Shown here: positions 25,370-38,020 of the stretch, piece after piece
Layout: each line of letters opens with the position of its first letter
Position numbering within the stretch: the first letter of the stretch is position 1
Assembly (NCBI RefSeq): GCF_006345805.1
Contig: NC_042998.1
Location: forward strand, 204,042,001 to 204,106,000
Source of the DNA: Octopus sinensis
Taxonomy: Eukaryota
Reading direction: 5' to 3'
Length of the DNA stretch: 64,000 nucleotides
Made by a program: the position numbers and the translations under genes
The notes under the pieces: generated by a model
What the model was told of the DNA's origin: nothing
Database searches by the model: none
The model's input: only the letters and a program-made list of their open reading frames with translations

Positions 25370-25488
25370 GCATATGTATGCATGTATGTATGTATGTGTG
25401 TATGTATGTATGTATGTGTGTATGTATGTATGTATGTGTGTATGTATGTATGTATGTATGTATGCATGCATGTATGTATGTATGTATG

Positions 25489-25522
<34 letters not shown>

Positions 25523-25576
25523 TGTTTGTATGTGTGTATGTATGTATGTATGTATGTATGTATGTATGTATGTATG

Positions 25577-25607
<31 letters not shown>

Positions 25608-26140
25608 ATATGTTTGTATGTGTGTATGTATGTATGTATGTATGTATGTATGTGTGTATGTTTGTATGTATGTATGTGTGTATGTATGTATGTATGTTGT
25701 ATGTATGTATGTATGTATGTATGTATGCGTGTATGTATGTATGTTTGTTGTTGTATGTTGTATGTAGTATGTATGTATGCATGTTTGTATGTATGTATGT
25801 ATGTATGTATGTATGTATATATGTAGTATGTATGTGTGTATGTTTGTATGTATGTATGTATTATGTATGTATGCAGTATGTATGTATGTATGTATGTATG
25901 TATATATGTATGTATTATGTATGTTTGTATGTTTGTATGTATGATGTATGTATGTATATATGTATTATGTATGTATGTTTGTATGTATGTATGTTTGTAT
26001 GTATGTATGTATGTATGTATGTGTGTATGTATGTATGCATGTATGTATGCGTGTATGTATGTAGTATGCATGTTTGTATGTATGTTTGTATGTATGTATG
26101 TATGTATGCATGTATGTATGTATGTATGTATGTATGTATG

Positions 26141-26174
<34 letters not shown>

Positions 26175-26246
26175 TGTATGTATGTATGAATGTATGTATG
26201 TATGTAGTATGAATGTATGTATGTATGTGTGTATGTATGTATGTAT

Positions 26247-26278
<32 letters not shown>

Positions 26279-27290
26279 TGTATGTAGTATGTATGTATGT
26301 ATATGTATGTATGAATGTATGTATGTATGTATATGTATGTATGTATGTTGTATGTATGTATGTGTGTATGTATGTATGTATTATGTATGTATGTATGTAT
26401 GTATGTATGTTTGTAGGTATGTATGTAGTATGAATGTATGTATGTATGTATGTATGTTGTATGTATGTATGTAATGTATGTATGGAATGTATGTATGTAT
26501 GTGATGTATGTATGTATGTATGTATGTATGTATGTATGTATGTATGTATGAATGTATGTATGTATGCATGTATGTATGTATGTATGTGTGTATGTATGTA
26601 TGTATGTATGTATATATGTATGTATGTATGTGGTATGTATGTATGTATATATGTATGTATGTATGTGTGTATGTAGTATGTATGTATGTATGAATGTATG
26701 TATGTATGTATTATGTATGTATATATGTATGTAGTATGTATGTATGTAGGAATGTATGTATGTATGATGTATGTATGTATGTATGTATGTATGTATGTAT
26801 GTATTGTATGTATGTATATGTATGTATGTATGTATGTATGAATGTATGTATGTTATGTATGAATGTATGTATGTATGTATGTATGGAATGTATGTATGTA
26901 TGTATGTATGTATATGTATGTATGTATGTATGTATGTTATGTATGTATGTATGTATGTATGTATGTATGTATGTATGTATGAATGTATGTATGTATGTAT
27001 ATGTATGTATGTATGTATGTATATGTATGTATGTATGTACGTATGTATGAATGTAGTATGTATGTATGTAGTATGTATGTATGGTATGTATGTATGTGTA
27101 TGTATGTATGTATGTATGTATGTATGTATGAAGTATGTATGTATGTATGTATGTATGTATTATGTATGAATGTATGTATGTATGTATGTATGTATGTAAT
27201 TATGTATGTATGTATGTATGTATGTATGTATGTATGTATGTATGTATGTATGTATGTATGTATGCATGTTTGTATGTATGTATGTATGCG
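25370..27290 (+). repeat. ~1.9-kb imperfect (TATG)n array
   Basis: Direct reading; source of the MYVC/HTYI ORFs. Confidence 0.97.
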
Positions 27291-27806
27291 TATATCTGTA
27301 TATAGATATAAATCAAGGAAGAAAGCTGAGACGAAGGGTTGGAAAAGTGAGCTCACGGGAGACGAAGATGATACAGTTGACGAGGTCACGTGCAAGCATA
27401 CCGAATATGGAGATGAAGGAGGCGGACTCATCTCGCGCCTCCTCCTCCTCCTCCTCCTAGCATTTGCTGACGTCGTCAACAATGGCAGACATTGTCGAAA
27501 GTCAGAAACTACGGAAATGTTTCAACGTTTTCCACTAAGGTTGTTTTTATCTCTAATGAAACTTTCATTCCATGGCGGTGTAGTTTTTCCTTTATCGCAC
27601 CGAATATCTTCCGATATTCCTGATTCACAGCTTTCTTTGATGTTGTAAAGAACCTCCAATGGAAACTCAGAAACTACGGAAAGACACAGAACACTTAGAA
27701 TCTGCTTAGAATGCATTTCCAGAGTTTTGTAAACATTGATACAACCTCAGTGTTGACAGCCATTACATACAGACACGATTTGAATTCTGTAAAAGTGAAG
27801 TGGAGG

Positions 27807-27950
27807 CGCATGGCCTGGTGGTTTGAGTATTGCAGTCAGGATTGCTGAATCATGGGTTCGATTCCCGAACCGGGCTGTGCATCGTGTCCTTGAGCAAGAC
27901 ACTTCATTCCATCGTGCTCCAGTTCACTCAGCTGTAAATGGGCCACCCAG
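27807..27950 (+). mobile_element. Old tRNA-derived SINE with CORE-like segment
   Basis: ggaggcgcatggcctggtggtt...gggttcgattcccg...gtgtccttgagcaagacacttca. Confidence 0.65.
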
Positions 27951-28094
27951 CGCCGGATCACCCTTCTAATTTCGGGGGAGGAAATTTTGGGGCTACTCCT
28001 CTGGCCAGTGACGTAGTGCCAAGTGCACAGTGACCAGTGATGTATGACAACATCCGATAGTCTGGACGATCACGTGACACTGTAAAATTTGAAG

Positions 28095-28280
28095 TATTAA
28101 TTATTCATAGATATGGCCAGGGTGGCTGTGTGGTAAGTAGCTTATTTCCCAACCATATGGTTCCGAGTTCAGTCCCGCTGCGTGGCAACTTGGGCAAGTG
28201 TCTTCTACTATAGCCTCGAGCCGACCAAAGCCTTTTGAGTGGATCTGGTAGGCGGAAACTGGAAGAAGCCTGTCGTATAT
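28095..28280 (-). mobile_element. SINE family A-related 5' half
   Basis: gggtggctgtgtggtaagtagctt...cttgggcaagtgtcttctactatagcc...gaagaagcctgtcgta is read on + here, so the strand should be re-checked; the sequence is unambiguous family A head. Confidence 0.7.
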
Positions 28281-28305
28281 GTATATATATATATATGAAT
28301 ATATA

Positions 28306-28532
28306 TAAATTAAATTAGAGATAAAACCACTATTAGGCAAAAAAAAATTTTAATATAAAAAAATATAAAAATTTATAAATATAAATTAAAAATTTTAAAT
28401 TTAAATAATTTAATTTTAAATTTTATATTTTATATATTTTGTATATTATATTAATTATATTATTTTTATGTTTTGTTTATGTTTTTCACTGTTTGATTTG
28501 CCTAGTAGTGGTTTTATCTCTAATTTAATTTA
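28306..28532. repeat. 36-bp inverted repeat around an AT-only spacer (foldback element)
   Basis: taaattaaattagagataaaaccactattaggcaaa (28306-28341) vs 28497-28532, 1 mismatch. Confidence 0.85.
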
Positions 28533-28627
28533 TATTTATACTGTGAAATTGATTTAATCCTAAATCTAATTTTTCCCTGTAAGTTTGGATTTACTCCCTA
28601 ATATTATTATTATATGAACATATATAT

Positions 28628-28733
<106 letters not shown>

Positions 28734-28779
28734 CATACATACATACATACACATATATATATGTATGTATGCGCGTGTA

Positions 28780-28995
28780 TATGTTTGTGTGTCTCCCTTT
28801 GTCTCTACCCCACCAACATCGCTTGACAAACGATGCTGGTGTGTTTACGTACCCGTAACTTAGCGGTTCGGCAAAAGACACCGAAAGACTAAGTACTAGG
28901 CTTACAAAGAATAAGCTCCGGGGTCGATTTCCTCGACTAAAGGCGGTGCTCCAGCATGGCCGCAGTGAAATGAGTGAAACAAGTAACATAATAAA
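28780..28995 (+). mobile_element. SINE family A 3' half
   Basis: gatgctggtgtgtttacgtacccgtaacttagcgg...gcatggccgcagtgaaatgagtgaaacaagt. Confidence 0.85.
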
Positions 28996-29234
28996 AGAAT
29001 GTGTATTAGGGGCGATGATAATAAATGTCGCTTGGAAGTACATAGTCTTCATTTGAATTCTACAACTTCCATAAGACATTACACGGTTCCGATTGCAGAT
29101 CGAAGCGCAATATGAATGTAAATATTAGAAATCTGGTGATGAGGCTGAAAGTTCGAAACGTCGTCGTCTTAAATCAGAAAATAAGCAATTATAAAAATTG
29201 ATTAAAATGCAGAAAAAATACTGGTTCCAAGTTT

Positions 29235-29420
29235 TGACACAAGACCGGCAATTTGCGGGGAGGGGCAAAGTTGATTCAAACGACCCCAGGACGCAACTGG
29301 TACTTATTTTGTCGACTCCGAAAAGATGAAAGTCAAAGCTGACGCCGGCAAAATTTGAACTCAGAATGTAATGAAGGACGAAATACCCCAGAAAATTTTG
29401 TTCGGCGTTCTAACGATTCT
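29235..29420 (-). mobile_element. Degenerate SINE family B
   Basis: aactggtacttattttgtcgactccgaaaagatgaaag...atttgaactcagaatgtaa. Confidence 0.7.
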
Positions 29421-29699
29421 GCAAATGTGTCACAGTAAAAAGAGAAGAAAAATAATGAAATTTGTAAAATCCTTTTAATATGTATTGGATTAAAACAATA
29501 AGGATTTTAAACTTTAAATCCGTTTAATCCATCATTACACTGGATTTGAACTAATAAAAACAGGAGCAATTACATCAAAGCCAATAACAATTACAATAAC
29601 CACATGAAGAAAACTGAATAATCCCTTCCGGGCAAAACGAACTGATCAGAAAAGAACTGGAGAAGGAAAAAAAGAAAAAGGGTTCGGAGGCAGAAACAT

Positions 29700-30410
29700 C
29701 AGAAACGTAAGATAAACAGATGACCCAGTCTTATTTGCAGAATTGGAAAAGAAACTTCAGAGCTTCAGAGACTTCTGAATGTAGTGGTCAGAGAAAAAGG
29801 GGAGGAACAGCATGCTGAAAGTGAAGAATCTAATCATTTGATCCCAGACGACGGAGCTGAATGAGGGAGATCAAAAGACGATTAGTGCTGGCAAAATCTG
29901 CCTTCTCAAAATTGTATAACATCTTGAGAAACTCTAAGTGAGAAGACCAGGATCCATGAATCTAACTGTTCTGTCTATCCTGTGTTAATGTATGGAAGTG
30001 AGGCATGGTCACAAGGAGAAAGTGCTCGGACAGCTGTAAAATGCAGTTCTTAAGGAGAGTATTGCGGATGGCATGGACAGATTGAAAGCTCAATGAAGAA
30101 GTGAAGACTCAGGCTGTGGTAAATAAGAAATTGCTTTGTGATATAAGAGCCAAACAACTGATGTTTTCTTGATCATGAGATGAGGAAAGAGGGCCCGGGG
30201 GGAATTTTCGTGACGACTGGAACGGTTCATGAGGAAAGAACCAGAGAAAGGAGAAGGATGCTGTGGATGTCAAGCTTGAGGAATTGGTTGGAAGAAAGAA
30301 GCAGTAAACATCAGCAAGTGGAGCTGTTACAGGAGCCAAAGGACAGAGTATTGTAGGAGGACAGGATCACCGATGTCCAACCTTCTGGAGATGGAACCTA
30401 AAGAAAGAAA
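29700..30410 (+). pseudogene. Decayed RTE-clade LINE 3' region
   Basis: ELQRLLNVVVRE, EIKRRLVLAKSAFSKL, YPVLMYGSEAWS, FLRRVLRMAWTD motifs in shifting frames. Confidence 0.75.
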
Positions 30411-31094
30411 AAGAAAAACTTTATGAAAGAAGAAATGTATTAATCTATACATTTTGGCTGGTGTTTTAATTAAACATCCTTCTCTCACTTAAATTAACCC
30501 CTTTGTTCTCTATAAGAAGAAATATCATTTTCTGAAAATATTAACCAATATATGTCCTTATTAAACAAACATAAACGACACCAGACACACAAACTGAAAG
30601 CTACGTCCTTTGTTTTCGAGATGACATGAGCGACATGATTACATAAAAAATTAATCCCACATTGATACCATGTCGTCTAAACATGTATTGAAAAAAAATA
30701 CTTCAAAATTGGATAAGCTGAATGACAGCAAAACCTGTCAGTGAAATATTATTTTTCTTCCACATCACAATCTCTTTTGGCTATGTCATGCACTAAAATT
30801 TATGCAGTAAAACTTTATTTATACAAAAATATTTCTCTCTACAAAAACTTTTCAATAATATATGATAGCGCTTCGATTTTATTTGCATGGAAAACTCACT
30901 TTGTGAAAACACGTAAATATTTTTACATTAAAACTTATACGAAAACATGTATTAGGTAAAAACATAATTTTGTATTTTTATTTTGACAGATATTGAAATA
31001 TAGTAGAAATATCTATCTCTTAAAAGATAAACGTTATTCACACACTCACATATCTTTATATATATATATGTGTGTGTGTACATACATATATATA

Positions 31095-31270
31095 GTGAGA
31101 ATTTATAAAAAAAAACAAAAACGAAGACGGGTGTGTAAACAACAGATGTATTAGTTTAACGCTCGGGAAAGTGAGAAAGTCTTTTACGTTTCGAGCCTAT
31201 GCTCTTCAGCGGAAAGGAACACAAAACTAAACAGGGAGAGAAAATAGAAAAAGGTTTAGGCTAGCCATCA
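31095..31270 (-). mobile_element. Short (TA)n-associated element with minimal hammerhead-like motif (family E)
   Basis: Minus strand ttt-ccgctga-a-gagc-atag-gctc-gaaac-gta-aaa at ~31182-31215. Confidence 0.65.
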
Positions 31271-31274
31271 CACA

Positions 31275-31560
31275 TATGTGTGCGAGTGTATTTGTGTGTG
31301 TGTGTGTATCTGTGTGTGTGTGTGTGTGTGTTTTTATGTATGTGTGTCTTTGTGTCTGTGTTTGTAACCCCACCATCGCTGTTGGTGTGTTTATGTCGCC
31401 GAAACTTAGCGGGCCGGCAGAAGAGACAGATAGAATAAGTATTAGGCTAACAAAGAATAATTCCTGGGGTCGATTTCTTCGACTAAAGGTGGTGATCCAG
31501 AATGGCCACAGTCAAATGACTGAAACGTTGTAAAAGAAGTAATAGAATAAAAGAATATAT
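31275..31560 (+). mobile_element. SINE family A 3' half
   Basis: (TG)n...gatagaataagtattaggctaacaaagaataa...gtcaaatgactgaaacg. Confidence 0.8.
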
Positions 31561-31577
31561 ATATACATACATATAAA

Positions 31578-31633
<56 letters not shown>

Positions 31634-31691
31634 ATATAGAAAAAAACAAGTCAAAAATAGAAAATGCTAAGATAATTTTATAGTGAATCTT

Positions 31692-31730
31692 TCAGTACCG
31701 GTTTCGGTCATTTTGAGACCTTTTCAGCTG
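31692..31730 (-). ncRNA. Type I hammerhead motif with a G8->A core lesion
   Basis: Minus strand cag-CTGAAAA-ggtc tcaaaat gacc-GAAA-ccg-GTA-ctg; palindromic accggt in stem III. Confidence 0.55.
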
Positions 31731-32049
31731 TAACGATTAAATAATTAAATTTAGAAAAATTAGAAGAAAAGTTTTTTCTAAAAGAATATTTCTATAGTAG
31801 TGTTCAGATATAAGTAGCATTCTGCCTTTCTCTGACTCCCTTGTTTGGACTTGTGTGTTCGAGGTCGTTGTGAGTTCTTGGTAGGGTAGGTGAAGAATAA
31901 GGAGGCTGATGTGGAGAGGGGTGGGGAAATCTGGGAATGCCTTGATGGTCGTATTTTGAATGGTCAGTGGCTGACAGTAGTCGCAGTTCAATTCAGGAAT
32001 TGTTTATGGAATTTGCGTAGGCGTTATACTGAAAGACATTAGTGACAAA

Positions 32050-32275
32050 TGCATGCATGCATGCACGTAAGTATGTATGTATGTTTGTATGTATGTATGT
32101 ATGTATGTATGTATGTATGTATGTATATGTATGTATGTACGTATGTATGCATGCATGCATGTATGTATGTATGTATGTATGTATGCATGCATGTATGTAC
32201 GCATGCAAGTATGTATGTATGTATGCATGTATGTATGTATGTATGTATGTATGCATGTATGCATGTATGTATGTA
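32050..32275 (+). repeat. (TATG)/(TGCA) array
   Basis: Direct reading. Confidence 0.9.
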
Positions 32276-32437
32276 TATAAATTCTGTGCATTTTCAGAAG
32301 TTCCATTGCTGAGCAGCTTCTAACACAAAACTTGCATTTCGTTCTACGCGTACGATGCTAGTGTGCATCCCCACTTATATATACTTCAAGCTGGTGGGTC
32401 AATTTCATTTCAGGGGCCAGGGGGAGGGAGTAGATTA

Positions 32438-32700
32438 TGTGCGTGTGTGCGTGCATGTACGTGCGTGCGTGTACGTGCGTGCGTGTACGTGCGTGCGTGT
32501 ACGTGCGTGCGTGTACGTGCGTGCGTGTACGTGCGTGCGTGTACGTGCGTGCGTGTACGTGCGTGCGTGTACGTGCGTGCATGTACGTGCGTGCGTGTAC
32601 GTGCGTGCGTGTACGTGCGTGCGTGTACGTGCGTGCGTGTACGTGCGCGCGTGTACGTGCGCGCGTGTACGTGCGCGCGTGTATATGTGTGTATATGTGT
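32438..32700 (+). repeat. 14-bp minisatellite (GTACGTGCGTGCGT)n, about 16 units
   Basis: Direct reading. Confidence 0.92.
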
Positions 32701-32879
32701 ACATGTAGGAGAAACATGAGCATGTCTGTATTTGCATGTACAGTATTACGTGCATATATGTATCGATGCTCGTATCTATTTGAATAGACGTGATTTTGTA
32801 TGCATGGATGTTTATGTATGTGTTTATATATATGTATATATGTATGTATGCATGAGTATGTACGCACGTGTATATATGT

Positions 32880-32918
<39 letters not shown>

Positions 32919-33480
32919 TATTATGTATTGTGTGTAAAAAACTTCCTGATGAGGGGAGCGTCAATTTCAAATATATGAAATGTTTCATATAAATTGGCCC
33001 GTGTTTTGTATATTTATCTTTTCTGTATATTTTCTGGTATTTTTAATTCGTCTTTTTAATATGTCATTGTATTTTTAATTACCCCAAATTTTTAATTGAA
33101 CAAATTTATACCAAATGGTTTATGATTTTAAGCGTAAATTCTATGTGTTATATATGCAACACTGATTCTTATATATTTTATATGATGTTTATTTATTTAT
33201 ATATTACTATATTTTTAAACGTCGGGCTTTATATCTGTTCTGTAGATATAAATGAATATATGAATATATGTATGTGTTTGATCTTTCTGTGGATCTTATA
33301 ATGTTCCTTTTGTTGCATCTCCTCAGATTAACAAGTGGAATATAGCTCATTTAGAACACTACAATTCCATTCTGTTATATATTTTGAGAATTGTTATCAC
33401 CTGCGATCTCAAGATATAACTTTGTATTTTGCATTTTATAAATATTAAATATATATATATATATATAATATATATATATA

Positions 33481-33645
33481 TATTCTTTATTTTCTCTCTT
33501 TGTTTTTTTCTGTGTTTCTTTCTGTGGAAGAGCGTAGGCTCGAAACGTTAAAGACTTTTTCACTCCTTGAGCGTCATACTAATACATCTGTTGTTGTCTA
33601 CACCACCTGTCTTCGTTTTTTGTTTTTCTTGTGAATTCTCCCCAT
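33481..33645 (+). mobile_element. Family E element with minimal hammerhead-like motif
   Basis: ttt-ctgtgga-a-gagc-gtag-gctc-gaaac-gtt-aaa at 33519-33553. Confidence 0.65.
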
Positions 33646-33661
33646 ATATATATATATATTA

Positions 33662-33705
<44 letters not shown>

Positions 33706-33707
<2 letters not shown>

Positions 33708-33870
33708 AAATTTATAGAAAGACAGCAGACGAAGACAGATGAAGGAACAACAAGCAAGTGTATAAATGGAAAAGCCTTATACGTTTCGAGCCTAGGTGCT
33801 TTAGCAGAAACGAATAAATGAAAATAAACAGAGAGATAATGAAAACACGTGTAGAGTTCAGTGGTCCAAC
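33706..33870 (-). mobile_element. Diverged family E element, tail-to-tail with 33481-33645 across a (TA)n
   Basis: Minus strand tttctgctaaagcacctaggctcgaaacgta at ~33778-33810. Confidence 0.55.
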
Positions 33871-33883
33871 ATGACGAATGAAC

Positions 33884-33929
<46 letters not shown>

Positions 33930-34098
33930 CATTTGGCGTCTATTTCTACAGTGCGTAGTGAGGCGCAAAGCCAATCCTTGTTATAATTATGTATATAATT
34001 ATGAAATATTTTGTAAAATTTACCTATGAGGTTTTTATTCCCGCGTTGACCACCTGGTAAAATTATTAATGATTTTTACCCTTTATTATAATTATCTA

Positions 34099-34134
<36 letters not shown>

Positions 34135-34479
34135 ATAACATACATACATACATACATACATACATACATACATACATACATACATACATACAAACGTACA
34201 TACATACATACATACATCTCTCTCTCTCTCTCACTCCTCCTCATCTCTCCCACACCCAACCAACTACTTCCTTTTACATGCGGCCTCCTAACTGTAAACA
34301 CACGGTTTTTTTTGCGCTCTCCAGAATCTTCCTCGTCTAGGCCAAAAAAAGGCCCTTTTCGTTTGTTTTTATTTCTCGTATTGTATTTTTATTTTGTATT
34401 TTATTTTGTATTTTATTTTGTAATTTTATTTGTATAGTTTTTACGTCCTGTTTGTGTTACATTTTTTTCTTTCTTTGTT

Positions 34480-34875
34480 TTTACCCCTCTGCGAAGTAAT
34501 TTTATTTAATTCTGTCGCAGGAAGAGCTCGTTCGATGAGTCGTGTTCTGTCCTCACCTTTGAAACACGCTGGAGTTGAACTAGGGACAGTTGATGAAGGG
34601 GATTTTTCCTTGTGTAGTTTGTCTTGTACTCTGTTTTTCGTTGTAAAAAAATGGTCTGTTCCATGTTTGTTTTTACGTTTTCGTTCTCGTTGAGTTCTGC
34701 GTCTATTTGTGGTGTCCTGTACTCACGTATATATATTTATATATGCATGTATATACACATGTAGATGTAGGTACGTACATATATGTATGTATGCATGTAT
34801 TTTATTTATTACACTATTGTATGACTGAGCGCCCTCGCGTCGATTCGATTCGATCGTTTCGTTTCTTCGTCTTCC
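34480..34875 (+). mobile_element. Family F short interspersed repeat
   Basis: Near-identical to 58530-58880. Confidence 0.8.
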
Positions 34876-34894
34876 TCTCCCTTAAGTACTGTTC

Positions 34895-34985
<91 letters not shown>

Positions 34986-35204
34986 TATATATATTTAACA
35001 TATATATGTACACACACATACACTCACACAAAGGAAAAGAGGCAGAGGTGGACAGATAGACAAGTAGACAGGTATGCATATGAAATATATATGTGTGTAT
35101 ATATATATATTTATACACACACGCACATTTATATCTATATGTCTATTTATCTGTCCATCTGTCTGTACGTACACACACGCGCACGCATGCGCGCATACAC
35201 AAAT

Positions 35205-35538
35205 ATATATATATGTATGTACGTATGCATGTATGTATGTACGTATGTGTGTGTATGCATGTTTATATGTATGTATGCATGTATGTATGTATGCATGCAT
35301 GTATGTATGGATGTATGTATGTATGTATGTATGCATGCATATATGTATGTATGTATGTGGTATGTATGTATGTATGTATGTATGCATGCATATATGTATG
35401 TATGTATGTAGTATGTATGTAGTATGTATGTATGTATGTATGTATGCATGCATGTATGTATGTATGTATGTATGTATGTATGTGTGTGTGTATGCATGCA
35501 TGTATGTATGTATGTATGCATGTATGTGTGTATGTATG

Positions 35539-35572
<34 letters not shown>

Positions 35573-35798
35573 TGTGTGTATGTATGTATATATGTATGTA
35601 TGTATGTATGTATGCATGCATGTATGTATGTATGTATGTATGTATGTGTTGTGTATGCATGCATTGTGTATGTATGTATGCATGTATGTGTGTATGTATG
35701 TATATATGTATGTATGTATGTATGTTTGTGGTGTGTATGTATGTTAATGTAAGGTAGGTATGTATGCATGGTATTGTGTATGTATGTATGTATGTATG

Positions 35799-35831
<33 letters not shown>

Positions 35832-35886
35832 GTGTGTGTATGTATGTATGTATGAATGTATGTATGCATGTATGTGTGTATGTATG

Positions 35887-35918
<32 letters not shown>

Positions 35919-35976
35919 TGTGTGTGTGTATGCATGCATGTATGTATGTATGTATGCATGTATGTGTGTATGTATG

Positions 35977-36009
<33 letters not shown>

Positions 36010-36064
36010 GTGTGTGTATGCATGCATGTATGTATGTATGTATGCATGTATGTGTGTATGTATG

Positions 36065-36098
<34 letters not shown>

Positions 36099-36173
36099 TG
36101 TGTGTGTGTATGTATGTATGTATGTATGTATGTATGCATGCATGTATGCATGTATGTATGTATGTATGCATGC

Positions 36174-36238
<65 letters not shown>

Positions 36239-37790
36239 TGACTGTATGTATGTATGTATGTATGTATGTATGTATGTATGTGTGTATGCATGCATGTATG
36301 TATGTATGTATGCATGTATGCATGCATGTATGTATGTATGTATGTATGCATGTATGCATGTATGTATGTATGTATGTATGTATGCATGTATGTATGTATG
36401 TATGTATGTATGTATGTATGTATGCATGCATGTATGCATGTATGTATGTATGTATGCATGTATGCATGCGTATGTATGTATGTATGTATGTATGTATGTG
36501 TGTATGTATGTATGTATGTATGTGTGTATGCATGCATATATGTATGTATGTATGTATGTATGTGTGTATGTATGTATGTATGCATGCATGTATGCATGTA
36601 TGTATGTATGTATGTATGTATGCATGTATGCATTATGTATGTATGTATGCATGTATGCATGCATGTATGTATGTATGTATGTATGTATGTGTGTATGCAT
36701 GCATGTATGTATGTATGTATGTATGCATGCATATATGTATGTATGTATGTATGTATGTGTGTATGTATGTATGTATATATGCATGCATGTATGCATGCAT
36801 GCATGTATGCATGCATGTATGTATGTATGTGTGTGTGCATGCATGTATGTATGTATGTATGTATGTATGCATGCATATATGTATGTATGTAGTATGTATG
36901 TATGTATTTATGTATGTATGCATTCATGTATGTATGTATGTATGTATGCATGCATGTATGTATGTATGTATGTATGTATGTATGCATGTACGTATGTATG
37001 TATGTATGTATGTATGTATGTATGTGTGTATGTATGTATGTATGGATGTATGTATGTATGTATGGATGTATGGATGTATGTGTGTATGTATGTGTGTATG
37101 TGTGTATGCATGTATGTATGTATGTGTGTATGTGTGTATGCATGTATTATGTATGTATGTATGTATGTATGTATGTATGGATGGATGTATGTATGTATGT
37201 ATGTATGTGTGTATGTGTGTATGTATGTGTGTATGTGTGTATGCATGCATGTATGTATGTGTGTATGTGTGTATGCATGTACGTATGTATGTATGTATGT
37301 ATGTATGTATGTATGTATGTATGTATGTGTGTATATATATATGTATGTATGTATGTATGCATGCATGTATGTATGTGTGTATGTATGTATGTATGTATGT
37401 ATGTGTGTATGTATGTATGTATGTATGTATGTATATATGTATGTATGTATGTATGTATGCATGCATGTATTTATGTGTGTATGTATGTATGTATGTATGC
37501 ATGCATGTATGTATGTATGTATGTATGTATGTATGCATGCATGCATGTATGTATGTATGTATGCATGTATGCATGCATGTATGTATGTATGTATGTGTGT
37601 ATGTATGTATGTATGTATGTATGTATGCATGCATGCATGTATGTATGTATGTATGTGTGTATGTGTGTATGTATGTATGTATGTGTGTATGTATGTATGT
37701 ATATATGTATGTATGTATGTATGGATGTATGTATGTATGTATGTATGCATGCATGCATGTATGTATGTGTGTATGTATGTATGCATGTAC

Positions 37791-37821
<31 letters not shown>

Positions 37822-38020
37822 TGTATGTATGTATGTATGCATGCATGTATGCATGTATGTATGTATGCATGTATGTATGTATGCATGTATGTATGTATGC
37901 ATGTATGTATGTATGCATGTATGTATGTATGCATGTATGTATGTATGCATGTATGTATGTATGTATGCATGCATGTATGTATGTATTGTGTATGTATGTA
38001 TTGTGTATGCGTGTGTGTTT
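35205..38020 (+). repeat. ~2.8-kb imperfect (TATG)n/(TGCA) array
   Basis: Direct reading. Confidence 0.97.

Noticed and set aside
29125-29170. gtgatga...gaaacgtc as a hammerhead
   Set aside because: C3 is altered, and stems I and II do not pair convincingly.
32945-32995. ctgatga...gaaa as a hammerhead
   Set aside because: No stem II pairing and no NUH triplet in register.
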